DNA from: an uncultured bacterium
GTDB taxonomy: Bacteria; Arandabacterota; Arandabacteria; JAGLYR01
Assembly (NCBI GenBank): GCA_964610505.1
Contig: CAZSXU010000007.1
Coordinates: forward strand, 3,594-67,593
Reading direction: 5' to 3'
Length of the DNA stretch: 64,000 nt
Under the pieces are notes generated by a model. That model ran no database searches. It saw nothing but the letters and a program-made list of their open reading frames with translations, and was not told the DNA's origin. Made by a program: the position numbers and the translations under genes. This document shows positions 1 to 9,655 of this stretch, in pieces. Position 1 is the first letter of the stretch, and each line of letters opens with the position of its first letter.

Positions 1-321
1 ATCAATCCATCGCGGTCCGTGCGGGCGCGCCGGGGGCAGGTGGACCGGAATCGTCTTCGCGAGAACCGCTTGAATCAACTCGGCTACTACCTGGTGTTCG
101 CCGGGCACACCGACCGCGCAATCGACGTGTTCCGGGCCAACGTGATGTTCCATCCGGAGTCCTGGAACTGCTACGACAGTCTGGGTGAAGCTTACGCGTT
201 TCAGGGGGACATCGAGCAGTCGCTTGAATGCTACGAGAAGGCACTGGAATTGAATCCGGGGGATGAGAGAATCTCGCGGATCCTCGAAGAACTGAGGGAG
301 CATCTCAGAAAGGACGCCTAG
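1..321 (+). CDS. TPR repeat protein, C-terminal fragment (5' end lies outside the window)
   Basis: Open frame runs from position 1. TPR-like residues (LGEAYAFQGDIEQSLECYEKALELNP). Confidence 0.5.
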   Translation: MNPSRSVRARRGQVDRNRLRENRLNQLGYYLVFAGHTDRAIDVFRANVMFHPESWNCYDSLGEAYAFQGDIEQSLECYEKALELNPGDERISRILEELREHLRKDA

Positions 322-520
322 CATCGTGTGTTGGGTGGCCGTGGGGGTGGATCGATGTCCCTGTTGATGGTTCGCTCGGTGGATCGTGATCCCGCACTTG
401 GCAAGGGCCTGTACGTCTCTGTCTCCGTGAGATAACGGCAATGGGGGAGTCACTCTTGGGATTGAGCGCGCCACGTACTGAAAAGAACTTTACATTTACT
501 CCATCAAGGAGGTGGTCCCG

Positions 521-1354
521 GTGTTGTTCATTCTGAAGGCCCTGGTTGTATGTCTCATTTCGCTCGTCGTCGCGGCGTCGGACTGCTGTGAAACCCGCGC
601 CGATCGGGGCGGATGGGAAGTCCCGTCCGTGGAAGAGCTGGTTGACTGTCTCGAAAACGACCACGACCCGGCAGTCCGCCAGCGAGCGGCCTGGTGGTTG
701 GGGGAGCACGAGAAAAAGAGCGCCGTGCCTGCTCTCGTCGAAGCCCTTGGCGACAACTCGGTCGGAGTCCGTCTCGTAGCGGCCTGGGCTCTCGGCGAGA
801 TCAAGAACCGGCGGACAATCGATCCTCTGATCCGGAGTCTCCAGAAAGACCGCGACCCGTTCGTGCGCGAGATGGCGGCCCTGTCTCTTGGCGAAATCGA
901 GAGCAGGAAGGCCGTCGATGCGCTCAATGAGGCCGCCGATAAGGACGCGGATCTGCGCGAACCCGTGCGATGGGCCCTGGGTGAAATTGAAGGCTGGGGG
1001 GATCGTTCCGTGTGGGCAGGACCCATGCAATCTGTGGTGTACGAAAAGGGGACCCGAGGGCGAATCCATGGGGTTCAGGTCCAGGGGCTTGAATACTCAA
1101 GCGATTCTCATGATCCGATTGAGGACTTGCTGAAGGATCTCCGGGATGGAGACGCGGAGAAGCGCCGAGAGGTCGCGTTCATTCTGGGCCTCATCGGTGT
1201 GGCCGATGGCTTCGAATCGATCCGCGAAATAGAAGGGGTCGTGGACGGCCTGGCCGGAGCCCTTCGGGATCCAGCGCCCGAGGTCCGGGCGCGAGCGATT
1301 TGGTCGTTGGATGAGATCAACCCGTCTCGATCGAAGTACTGCGGCCGCCGGTAA
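521..1354 (+). CDS. HEAT-repeat (PBS-lyase type) protein with N-terminal signal/TM segment
   Basis: Repeated VR.RAAWALGEI / DP.VR..AA.SLGEI motifs. GTG start at 521 lies 8 nt after an AAGGAGG RBS. The ORF-track start is 512. Confidence 0.7.
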   Translation: MLFILKALVVCLISLVVAASDCCETRADRGGWEVPSVEELVDCLENDHDPAVRQRAAWWLGEHEKKSAVPALVEALGDNSVGVRLVAAWALGEIKNRRTIDPLIRSLQKDRDPFVREMAALSLGEIESRKAVDALNEAADKDADLREPVRWALGEIEGWGDRSVWAGPMQSVVYEKGTRGRIHGVQVQGLEYSSDSHDPIEDLLKDLRDGDAEKRREVAFILGLIGVADGFESIREIEGVVDGLAGALRDPAPEVRARAIWSLDEINPSRSKYCGRR

Positions 1355-1460
1355 TACGGGCGAAGATGGAGAAGCAGTTGAACACCTGGAACGGACCGCA
1401 CCGCGAAGCATGGCGCCCCTGTAGTGACACGGTGGTCCGCAGCTACAGGGGGAGTGCGTC

Positions 1461-3749
1461 ATGGGTATTCATTTGCGTCGATGTGTAAAATCTTTTTCGG
1501 TAGGGGGCCTCACCCTGTGTCTGCTCGGGTGGGGGTCGGAACAGGGGCCGACAAGCGCTCTCGGGCAGATCAGTGGGTCCTCTCATAATAGGGGAGAGGG
1601 GACAGTCGAGGCCCCCTACGTTATTCCGCAGACCGAAGAGAGAATCCGGATCGATGGCGTCCTGGACGACGCGCCCTGGCAACGCGCTCGGGTCCTGGAA
1701 CTCAACTACGAACAGGAACCGGGCGAGAACATCGCGCCTCCCGTTGAGACGGAGGTGCTGTTGATCTGCGATCGGCAGCATCTCTTCGCCGCATTTCGAT
1801 GCTACGATCCGGATCCCTCCGCCATCCGCGCGTACCTGCTCGATCGTGACCACCTCGGTGGACAGGACGACTGGGTAGAGATCGTTCTGGACACTTTCAA
1901 CGACGAGCGGCGGAGCTTCAATCTGTCCGTCAATCCTCTGGGCGTGCAGGACGATTACGTTGACACGGCCGGCGGAGGAGGAAGCTGGGACGGCATCTGG
2001 GACTCGGCAGGACGCGTCACCGATTGGGGCTATGCCGTGGAGATCGCCGTGCCCTTCAACCAGATCCGTTTCCAGCGAACTTCCGAGGAACAGGTGTGGG
2101 GGTTTGACGCCGTCCGGCACTATCCCCGGAGCCAGGAACATCGGATCGGCCTGTTCCCTCGGGACCGCAGCAACAACTGCTATCTGTGCCAGGCGGTGAA
2201 GATTCGCGGATTTGTCGGGGTTTCTCCCGGAAAGAACGTCGAAGTCAACCCATCCGTGACCACGGTGCGGACGGATGCGCGCGATGCTCTGCCCGATGGC
2301 CCGTTCCGGACGGGGGACCAGGACACGGATGTCGGGTTGACCGCGCGGTGGGGCTGGACGCCGAATCTCACCCTCACCTCAACACTGAATCCCGATTTCA
2401 GCCAGGTTGAGGCGGACGCGATGCAGCTCGACATCAATGAGCCCTTCGCACTGTATTACTCCGAACGACGCCCGTTCTTCACGGAGGGTTCGGATTTCTT
2501 TGGCACGCTCAAGACGGCGATCCATACCCGAACCGTGCGGGAGCCCTTGTGGGGGATGAAGCTCAGCGGGAAGGAAGGGTCTCACACGATCGGCGCGTAT
2601 GTCGTAGAAGACGATCGGACAAACCTGATTTTCCCGGGGAGTGAGAGTTCTGAAACCGCGTCGTTGGACATCGAATCGACGGCGTCCGTCTTTCGATACA
2701 AACGAGATATCGGCAGCCGCTACACGCTGGGTGCTCTCGCGACGAACCGTGAAGCCGGTGACTACGCGAACCACCTGGCCGGGGTCGACGGCAACTTCCT
2801 GCTGACGAACACGGATCAGATTCAGATCCAGATCCTGGGTTCGCGCACACAGTATCCCGGGGACGTCGCAATGGCTCACGGCCAGCGCACGGGCCGCTTT
2901 GACGGCGGATTCGTTGCCCTCGAGTACGATCACGAAAGCCGTGGGACGGGCTGGTGGCTGGACTACGATCAGGTCGACACCGGATTCCGGGCCGATCTGG
3001 GATTCATTCCGATGGTTGACTTCCGGAATGTCGAGGGCGGGATCCATCACAAGTGGTACGGCCCGGAGGGAGCCTGGTGGTATCGCTGTTGGCTGGGAAG
3101 CGAGGCCCACTACTACGAGGATCGCCGCGGCAGAGTTCTGGCGCGGGACGGTTCACTGTGGTTCTGCTACAGCGGGGCCCGTCAGTCCTGGCTGTCCCTC
3201 GAAGGTGGCCGGTCACGGGAAGCGTATGGAGACCTCGATTTCAATCTCACCTCCTACAGGGCGGATGGCGGATTCAGCCCCACGCGCCGGCTCCAGGTGA
3301 AACTCTACACACGCTTCGGCAACCGGATTGACTATGCAAACGGCCGCGTCGGCCGGCGAGTCTATGTCGAGCCCTGGATCCGCTACCACTTCGGACGACA
3401 CCTCAGTGTTGTCATGGATCTCACTTACGAGCGGTTGAATGTCGACGGGGGACGCCTCTACACGGCAAATGTCGGCGAGATCCGGGCCGTCTATCACATC
3501 AATGTGCGAACCTTCTTCCGGGCCATTCTTCAGTACCGCGACTACCAGTACAACCCGGGCCTGTATACGTTTGCCGTGGATCCAGAGGACCGGCGGTTCT
3601 TCACGGAGTTGCTGTTCTCGTACAAGATCAATCCGAGAACGGTCCTGTTCCTGGGGTATACCGACAATCACTACGGGACGCAGGATTACGGTCTGACGCA
3701 GAACGATCGGACGTTTTTCGCAAAACTGGGATACGCGTGGGTTCTGTAA
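1461..3749 (+). CDS. DUF5916 / carbohydrate-binding family 9-like outer-membrane protein
   Basis: 762 aa. N-terminal signal peptide, CBM9/DOMON-like segment (DGVLDDAPWQRA...DDWVEIVLDTFND) and a C-terminal beta-barrel-like end (LGYAWVL). Confidence 0.55.
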   Translation: MGIHLRRCVKSFSVGGLTLCLLGWGSEQGPTSALGQISGSSHNRGEGTVEAPYVIPQTEERIRIDGVLDDAPWQRARVLELNYEQEPGENIAPPVETEVLLICDRQHLFAAFRCYDPDPSAIRAYLLDRDHLGGQDDWVEIVLDTFNDERRSFNLSVNPLGVQDDYVDTAGGGGSWDGIWDSAGRVTDWGYAVEIAVPFNQIRFQRTSEEQVWGFDAVRHYPRSQEHRIGLFPRDRSNNCYLCQAVKIRGFVGVSPGKNVEVNPSVTTVRTDARDALPDGPFRTGDQDTDVGLTARWGWTPNLTLTSTLNPDFSQVEADAMQLDINEPFALYYSERRPFFTEGSDFFGTLKTAIHTRTVREPLWGMKLSGKEGSHTIGAYVVEDDRTNLIFPGSESSETASLDIESTASVFRYKRDIGSRYTLGALATNREAGDYANHLAGVDGNFLLTNTDQIQIQILGSRTQYPGDVAMAHGQRTGRFDGGFVALEYDHESRGTGWWLDYDQVDTGFRADLGFIPMVDFRNVEGGIHHKWYGPEGAWWYRCWLGSEAHYYEDRRGRVLARDGSLWFCYSGARQSWLSLEGGRSREAYGDLDFNLTSYRADGGFSPTRRLQVKLYTRFGNRIDYANGRVGRRVYVEPWIRYHFGRHLSVVMDLTYERLNVDGGRLYTANVGEIRAVYHINVRTFFRAILQYRDYQYNPGLYTFAVDPEDRRFFTELLFSYKINPRTVLFLGYTDNHYGTQDYGLTQNDRTFFAKLGYAWVL

Positions 3750-3876
3750 CTGCAGAGAATAGACAATAGAAAATGGACAATAGATCCCGGAGAAGAGCGT
3801 CGGGAGAACGCACAGACCTGATGTCGCCTTGTCGCCCGGTCCCCTTGCGGCCAGGTCGCCTGGTCGCCGTGTCGAG

Positions 3877-6012
3877 TTACTTGTCTATGCCCATCTGCCA
3901 GAGCGTGAAGGCGTAGTCCAGGGCGATCTCGCGAAGGTAGTCATAGCGCCCGGACGCACCCCCATGGCCGGCGCCCATGTTGACTACGAAGAGAAGCGGG
4001 TTCTCATCCGTCTTCAGCGCCCGCATCTTCGCCACGTATTTGGCCGGTTCCCAGTACATTACCTGGCTGTCATTGAAGGAGGTCTTCACCAACATCGCCG
4101 GATACGGCCCGGCTTTGAGATTCGTGTACGGGCAATACTGCCGGATATAGGTGTACTCGTCCTCAATGTTCGGATTCCCCCACTCCTCATACTCTCCCAC
4201 GGTAAGGGGGAGCGAGGCATCGAGCATGGTGTTCAGGACGTCCACAAAAGGGACGTCCGAAATGACAGCCCGAAAGAGATCCGGTCGCATGTTGACGATG
4301 GCTCCCATCAGGAGACCGCCCGCGCTGGCGCCCTCGACTACCAGACGGTCTTTCGCCGTGTATCCCTCATCGACCGTGTGCTCCGCCACGTCGATGAAGT
4401 CGGTGAACGTATTGATCTTGTGATCCATCCGCCCGTCGTCATGCCAGGTTTTGCCCATCTCACCGCCGCCCCGGATATGTGCGATGGCGTACGTGACGCC
4501 GCGATCAAGCAGACTCAGCCGCCTGGATCGGAAGCGAATAGAGTAGGGCCATCCATAGGCCCCGTACCCGGTGAGATACAGGGCACCTGTGCCGTCGTGC
4601 TTGGCCCCGCGCCTGTGGACCATCGAGATGGGGATGAGCGTGCCGTCCCGAGCCGTCGCGTATAGTCGTTTCGACACGTAGTCGTTCGGATCGTAGTCTC
4701 CGAGAACCTCGTCCTGCTTCAGGAGCTCACGGGCTCTCGAATCCATATCGTAGTCGAACACGGACTTCGGTGTGATCAGGGATTGATACTCGTAGCGGAG
4801 CGTCTTCGTGTCCCACTCGTAGTTGTCACCTGAATATGCGTTGTAGACGGGTTCGGGAAATGCCAGCCGATGCCAGTCTCCGGTGCGGAAGTCGGTGACC
4901 CGGAATTGAGGTAGACCGTTCTCACGTTCGTAGACGACGTAATGGTCTGTGAAGAGATCGAGGCCCTCCAGCATCACGTCGGCACGGTGGGGGATGATCT
5001 CCGTCCAGTTTTCTTCCTCCGGACGGTCGACCGGGAAGGACACGAGACGGAAATTCCGGCCCGTGTCGTTCACCAGCATGTAGAATCTCTCGTCGTGGTG
5101 GCCGAGGTTGCACTCCCGGTCCTGCTTGCGGGGCACAAGGACCCTCCAGTCACCTCTCGGCGTGGAGGCCGGCAGGGCGCGGACTTCCGTTGTTGTGAGG
5201 CTACCGACGTAGAGCAGGAGATAGTCTCTGCTTCGGGTGCGTGTGACGAAGATCCGGAAGAGCTCATCGGACTCCTCGTACAACAGATCGTCCTCCTCCA
5301 CTCCGAGTACGTGTCGCAGGAGCTGGTGCGGCCGTTTGGCAGGGTCTTCCGTGGTGTAGAAGAGGGTCTTGTTGTCGGAAGCCCAGACCACCGAGCGCAC
5401 CTTCTCGATCCGGTCGGGCAGAAGCCGTCCGGTACGGAGGTCCTTCACATGGAGCGTGTACTCGCGGAAACCGGTATTATCGGTGGTGTAGGCAAGGAGG
5501 TTTCCGTCGTCGCTGACTCGGTACCGGCCGATCGCCATGTATGTTTGCCCCTCGGCGAGCTCGTTCACATCCAGCGTGATCTGTTCGGGCGCGTCCAGGG
5601 ATCCTCGCTTGCGACAGTAGATCTCGTACTGCTTTCCCTCCTCGGTGCGGGTGTAATAGAAGTACTCCCCCATGCGGTAGGGAACCTCGAGATCCGTTTC
5701 CTTGATCCGTGAAAGCATCTCATCGTAGAGCGTCTCCTGGAAGTGCTTCGTGTGGGCCAGGATCTCCTCGGCGTACGCATTCTCGGCCTCGAGATAGGCC
5801 GCGACTTCCGGGTTCGTCTTTTCCCGCATCCAGAAATAGTCGTCCACACGCCGGTCGCCATGGATCGTGTCAACCTTGGGCACTTTCTTGGCAATCGGGG
5901 GAGCCGATTCGCAGAGGACCGGAGTGGCCGGAATCAGCTGAGCGCAGATCAGGATCACGAGGACAACCGGGAACAGAAGATGAGCGGACAGGTCTCTCCG
6001 GATACCGTGCAT
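3877..6012 (-). CDS. S9 family peptidase (prolyl oligopeptidase / oligopeptidase B-like), secreted
   Basis: GGSAGGLLMG catalytic-Ser motif. Signal peptide begins at MHGIRR, the Met at 6012, with a GGAGGA RBS. The ORF extends to 6108. Confidence 0.8.
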   Translation of the reverse strand: MHGIRRDLSAHLLFPVVLVILICAQLIPATPVLCESAPPIAKKVPKVDTIHGDRRVDDYFWMREKTNPEVAAYLEAENAYAEEILAHTKHFQETLYDEMLSRIKETDLEVPYRMGEYFYYTRTEEGKQYEIYCRKRGSLDAPEQITLDVNELAEGQTYMAIGRYRVSDDGNLLAYTTDNTGFREYTLHVKDLRTGRLLPDRIEKVRSVVWASDNKTLFYTTEDPAKRPHQLLRHVLGVEEDDLLYEESDELFRIFVTRTRSRDYLLLYVGSLTTTEVRALPASTPRGDWRVLVPRKQDRECNLGHHDERFYMLVNDTGRNFRLVSFPVDRPEEENWTEIIPHRADVMLEGLDLFTDHYVVYERENGLPQFRVTDFRTGDWHRLAFPEPVYNAYSGDNYEWDTKTLRYEYQSLITPKSVFDYDMDSRARELLKQDEVLGDYDPNDYVSKRLYATARDGTLIPISMVHRRGAKHDGTGALYLTGYGAYGWPYSIRFRSRRLSLLDRGVTYAIAHIRGGGEMGKTWHDDGRMDHKINTFTDFIDVAEHTVDEGYTAKDRLVVEGASAGGLLMGAIVNMRPDLFRAVISDVPFVDVLNTMLDASLPLTVGEYEEWGNPNIEDEYTYIRQYCPYTNLKAGPYPAMLVKTSFNDSQVMYWEPAKYVAKMRALKTDENPLLFVVNMGAGHGGASGRYDYLREIALDYAFTLWQMGIDK

Positions 6013-6271
6013 GGGCGGTTTCCTCCAGGCGTAGGACCAGCATCGAGTAGCGTGGGGTGGGAGCATGGAGACAGTGTACCTGAAGGGGTGAGGTCCGGAA
6101 AGGCCCAAGATGAAATTTCAGAGGGGGAAGTCGAGTCAGCGGCAAACCGAGGCCGGTTTTCGGGATGCAAAAGGATATTGACAGTTGATGCGTTGTCTGC
6201 TACCTTGCAAGATTAGTCGAATTGTGTGGGGTCGGGTGGAAATCGATGACCGGTGAAGGAGGATCCGTATC

Positions 6272-8359
6272 TTGAAGGACTACGAACCCAAGGACATTCG
6301 AAACGCAGTACTTGTTGGTCATAGCGGCGTTGGAAAAACGTCTATCCTGGATGCCATGCTCTACAGCGCCAAGATGTCGAACCGACTGGGGAAGGTGGAC
6401 GACGGCACGTCGCTTCTCGATTACGCACCGGACGAAATCGAGCGGAAGGTGACGATCAATCTCGCTCTTACGCACATGGAGTGGGCCGGCTGCAAGCTCA
6501 ACATCATCGATACGCCCGGGTACAGTGATTTCTACGGCGATACGCGCGCGGGAATTCGGGTTGCCGACGCTGCCGTGATCGTCGTTCGCGCCGACGGCGG
6601 CGTGGAGGTCGGCGCCGAGCTCAACTGGCAGCAGGTGGAGCGGAATGAGCATCCGGCGATGTTTGTGATCTCGCGAATGGACAAGGAGCAGGCCGACTTC
6701 GAGGCCGCCCTGAAGTCGATTCAGGACAGGATCTGTCCCCAGGCGGTGCCGATCTGCATCCCGTGGGGACAGGCGGAGAGCTTCGTGGGGGTCATCGACG
6801 TCCTGGCCAACAAGGCCTACCGCTACGGAGACAAGGATGACGGTTCCTTCACCGAAGAGGCCGTGCCCGAGGAATTCTCCGGCCGCGTCGAAAGCTATCG
6901 GGGCCAGGTGTACGACCGCGTCGCCGAATCCGACGATCAGCTTCTGGAGAAGTACCTCGAGTCGGGCGAGCTGTCCCTTGAGGAAGTGCTGGCGGGTCTG
7001 CGGGGAGCCGTGGTCCAGCGCACACTGTTTCCCGTGTATTGTGCGGCGGGAACGTCCAATCGGGGTGTTCGCCAGGTCATGGGCGGGATTGCGAAGCTTC
7101 TGCCCTCGCCCGTTGACCGGGCCCCGGTGATCGCGCACAAGCCCGGAAGCGAGGATCCAATCGAGCTGGAGCCCTCTTCGTCGGGACCGCTGGCCTGTTT
7201 CGTGTTCAAGACCATCTCCGAGCCCCACGTCGGAGAGTTATCTCTCTTCCGGGTCTACTCGGGAGCGTTCGAGACCGGAGTGGAGATCTACAACCATTCG
7301 AAGGGATCCTCGGAGAAGACCGGCCAGATTCACGCCGTGGTGGGTAAGGACAGGAAGGAAGTCAATAAGGTGGTCGCGGGGGATTTCGGAGCGGCGGTGA
7401 AGCTGAAGAATACGAAGACCGGAGATACTTTGGGTGTTCAGAGAACCCCCCTGTTGCTGGACGGTATTGATTTCCCGAAGCCCGTGATGGAGACGGCCAT
7501 TCGGGCCACGGCCAAGGGCGAGGAAGAAAAGATCGCCGGTGGTTTGGCCAGATTGCGGGAAGAGGATCCGACCTTCATGCTCACGGTGGATCCCGATCTC
7601 CACCAGACGATTATCGCCGGTCTCGGGGAGCTCCATCTCGAAGTGCTGACCAAGCGCCTTAAGGAACGGTTCGGCGTGGGTGTGGAATTGGTGAAACCCA
7701 GAATCCCGTTCCGGGAGACGGTCAAGGGATCGGCTCGAGTGCAGGGCAAGTACAAGAAGCAGACAGGCGGGCGGGGACAATACGGAGACGTCTGGCTCAA
7801 GCTCGAACCGCAGGCCCGGGGCGACGGCTATGAGTTTGTCAATGCCATCGTGGGCGGTGCGGTTCCCGGCAAGTTCATCCCCGCCGTCGAGAAGGGGCTC
7901 AACGAAGCCATCAAGACGGGTCCTCTCGCGGGATGCCCCGTTGTGGACCTCAAGATCACGCTGGATGACGGTTCGTACCACAACGTGGATTCATCGGAGA
8001 ACTCGTTCAAGGTGGCCGGTTCGATGGCTTTCCGCAAGGGATTCCAGGAAGCCCAACCTTTCCTGCTGGAACCCATCTATCGGGTGACGGTCCGCGTGCC
8101 CGAAGATTTCATGGGAGACGTGATGGGTGACCTGAGCAGCCGGCGAGGGAAGATCCAGGGAATGGACGCCGAGGGCAACTTCCAGGTAGTCCGGGCGCTG
8201 GTGCCGCTTGCCGAACTCTATCGCTACTCCACCCATCTGCGGTCGATGACCCAGGGCCGAGGTGTCCACGAGCAGGAATTCTCGCATTATGAGGAGCTGC
8301 CGAGGGAGCAGGCGGAGAAGGTGATTGAGGAACACAAGGCCGAGAAGGAAGCTGTCTAG
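6272..8359 (+). CDS. Elongation factor G family GTPase, divergent paralog
   Basis: 695 aa with five-domain EF-G architecture. TTG start after a GAAGGAGGA RBS. G1 motif reads GHSGVGKTS and G3 reads DTPGY instead of DTPGH. Confidence 0.8.
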   Translation: MKDYEPKDIRNAVLVGHSGVGKTSILDAMLYSAKMSNRLGKVDDGTSLLDYAPDEIERKVTINLALTHMEWAGCKLNIIDTPGYSDFYGDTRAGIRVADAAVIVVRADGGVEVGAELNWQQVERNEHPAMFVISRMDKEQADFEAALKSIQDRICPQAVPICIPWGQAESFVGVIDVLANKAYRYGDKDDGSFTEEAVPEEFSGRVESYRGQVYDRVAESDDQLLEKYLESGELSLEEVLAGLRGAVVQRTLFPVYCAAGTSNRGVRQVMGGIAKLLPSPVDRAPVIAHKPGSEDPIELEPSSSGPLACFVFKTISEPHVGELSLFRVYSGAFETGVEIYNHSKGSSEKTGQIHAVVGKDRKEVNKVVAGDFGAAVKLKNTKTGDTLGVQRTPLLLDGIDFPKPVMETAIRATAKGEEEKIAGGLARLREEDPTFMLTVDPDLHQTIIAGLGELHLEVLTKRLKERFGVGVELVKPRIPFRETVKGSARVQGKYKKQTGGRGQYGDVWLKLEPQARGDGYEFVNAIVGGAVPGKFIPAVEKGLNEAIKTGPLAGCPVVDLKITLDDGSYHNVDSSENSFKVAGSMAFRKGFQEAQPFLLEPIYRVTVRVPEDFMGDVMGDLSSRRGKIQGMDAEGNFQVVRALVPLAELYRYSTHLRSMTQGRGVHEQEFSHYEELPREQAEKVIEEHKAEKEAV

Positions 8360-8445
8360 TACGCTGTGAAGACGATCCATGATGCGCGCGGCATCTTAGT
8401 TCGAGATGCCGCGCGTGCTCTTATGCCCTGACGTCGAGGTTTTCA

Positions 8446-9360
8446 ATGCTGTCACTCTCCACCTGCTGGCGTGCGAAATCGGGACTGAGTGGAACCGACA
8501 TCGTCGATCTCTTTCGGAGCCGGGGTTTCCGGGAGATGGAGGTCGAGTACCGCCTGAATATGGCGCAGGTCAATGAGATCGAGCGAGCGGTGGAGGTGGG
8601 GAAGATTCGTGTGACCTCTCTCCATAACTATGTTCCGAGGATTCCGGGAGAGGGGCTCGCAACCGACGGCGGCGACCGGTTCCTGCTCTCCTCGCTGGTT
8701 GAGAGCGAGCGGACCGAAGCGGTCCGGAAGACGTGCAGGACCCTGGAGTGGGCCGAGCGGCTGGGTGCCGGAGCCGTGGTGCTTCATCTGGGGCGCGTGG
8801 AGGGCAGAGTGTCCCAGCGGCCTCTTCTTGACCTTTTTCGAGCGGGTCACGGAGCCTCGGACGAAGCGGACAACATTCGCAGGGACCTCATTGAACGGAG
8901 GGCCCGGGAGGCCGGGCCCTACGTTGCACAGGTGATGGAGAGCATCCGCGACATTGAGAAGCGTGCCGCGGACATGGGGCTGCGTATTGGCCTTGAGAAC
9001 CGCTACTACTACCGGCAGATCCCTTCGCCGGACGAGCTGAAGATGTTTCTTTCGGAGACGAATCCGGACGTCGTCGGCTACTGGCATGATGTGGGCCACG
9101 GGAAGGTGATGGAGGCCCTGGGACTCAGGGGAAACCTGGAGCACCTCGAGCAGTGCGGAGACCGCCTGATCGGCATCCACTTCCACGATATCACCGGCGT
9201 GGACGATCACTCCGCTCCGGGAACCGGCGAGTTCGATTTCGAGGTCCTCCGTCCGTGGCTTCGACCCGACGTGCTTCGAGTGATGGAACTCCATCCCCGC
9301 GTGACGGAGGAAGAGGTCGTTCGGGGCCGTGAATACCTCGAGTCGAGCGCGTTCGTCTGA
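8446..9360 (+). CDS. Sugar phosphate isomerase/epimerase (xylose-isomerase-like TIM barrel)
   Basis: AP-endonuclease-2 / TIM-barrel signature residues (HLG...GLEN...HD.GH...HFHD). Confidence 0.75.
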   Translation: MLSLSTCWRAKSGLSGTDIVDLFRSRGFREMEVEYRLNMAQVNEIERAVEVGKIRVTSLHNYVPRIPGEGLATDGGDRFLLSSLVESERTEAVRKTCRTLEWAERLGAGAVVLHLGRVEGRVSQRPLLDLFRAGHGASDEADNIRRDLIERRAREAGPYVAQVMESIRDIEKRAADMGLRIGLENRYYYRQIPSPDELKMFLSETNPDVVGYWHDVGHGKVMEALGLRGNLEHLEQCGDRLIGIHFHDITGVDDHSAPGTGEFDFEVLRPWLRPDVLRVMELHPRVTEEEVVRGREYLESSAFV

Positions 9361-9562
9361 TATTTGGGAGCGGGGCAGGGAACCGGATCCGACGGCGAGA
9401 GCGTGAGACGCCCGTGTAGCCAGACAGCGCCGGCACGTCACCGCCCGTCCGGGGTCTGTCGAAGGACACACCGCAGTTCGCCCGCCCCGCAATGTCATGC
9501 GGCCGGACGACACACGAGTCAGCGATTGCGGCCCCGGGGTCCTCGTGCCCGATCCTTTTCCC

Positions 9563-9591
9563 TTGCAGACCCCGGCCGTCCATGCTAGATT
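9563..9591 (+). promoter_or_regulatory. Candidate sigma70 promoter for the yebC-ruvCAB operon
   Basis: TTGCAG, 17-nt spacer, TAGATT. Lies 65 nt upstream of yebC. Confidence 0.3.
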
Positions 9592-9655
9592 CTGTAACTG
9601 GTGTAATGGCACTTGAGTCATCCACTTCCTTTGCTCCGAAGGAGAACGAGAGCGA

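Noticed and set aside
6179-6210. TTGACA-containing promoter upstream of the EF-G paralog
   Set aside because: The -10 element is poor (TACCTT or GATTAG). It is too weak to call from sequence alone.
8452-9621. Long antisense ORFs (8452-9621 -, 10234-11610 -, 11097-12182 -, 14202-15311 -, 16174-17679 -, 49148-50692 +, 56208-57824 -, 58567-59883 -, 59679-61112 -)
   Set aside because: They lie opposite or out of frame to well-supported conserved genes. Their translations are Arg/Pro/Gly-rich low-complexity strings, which is typical of stop-poor frames in a 65% GC genome.
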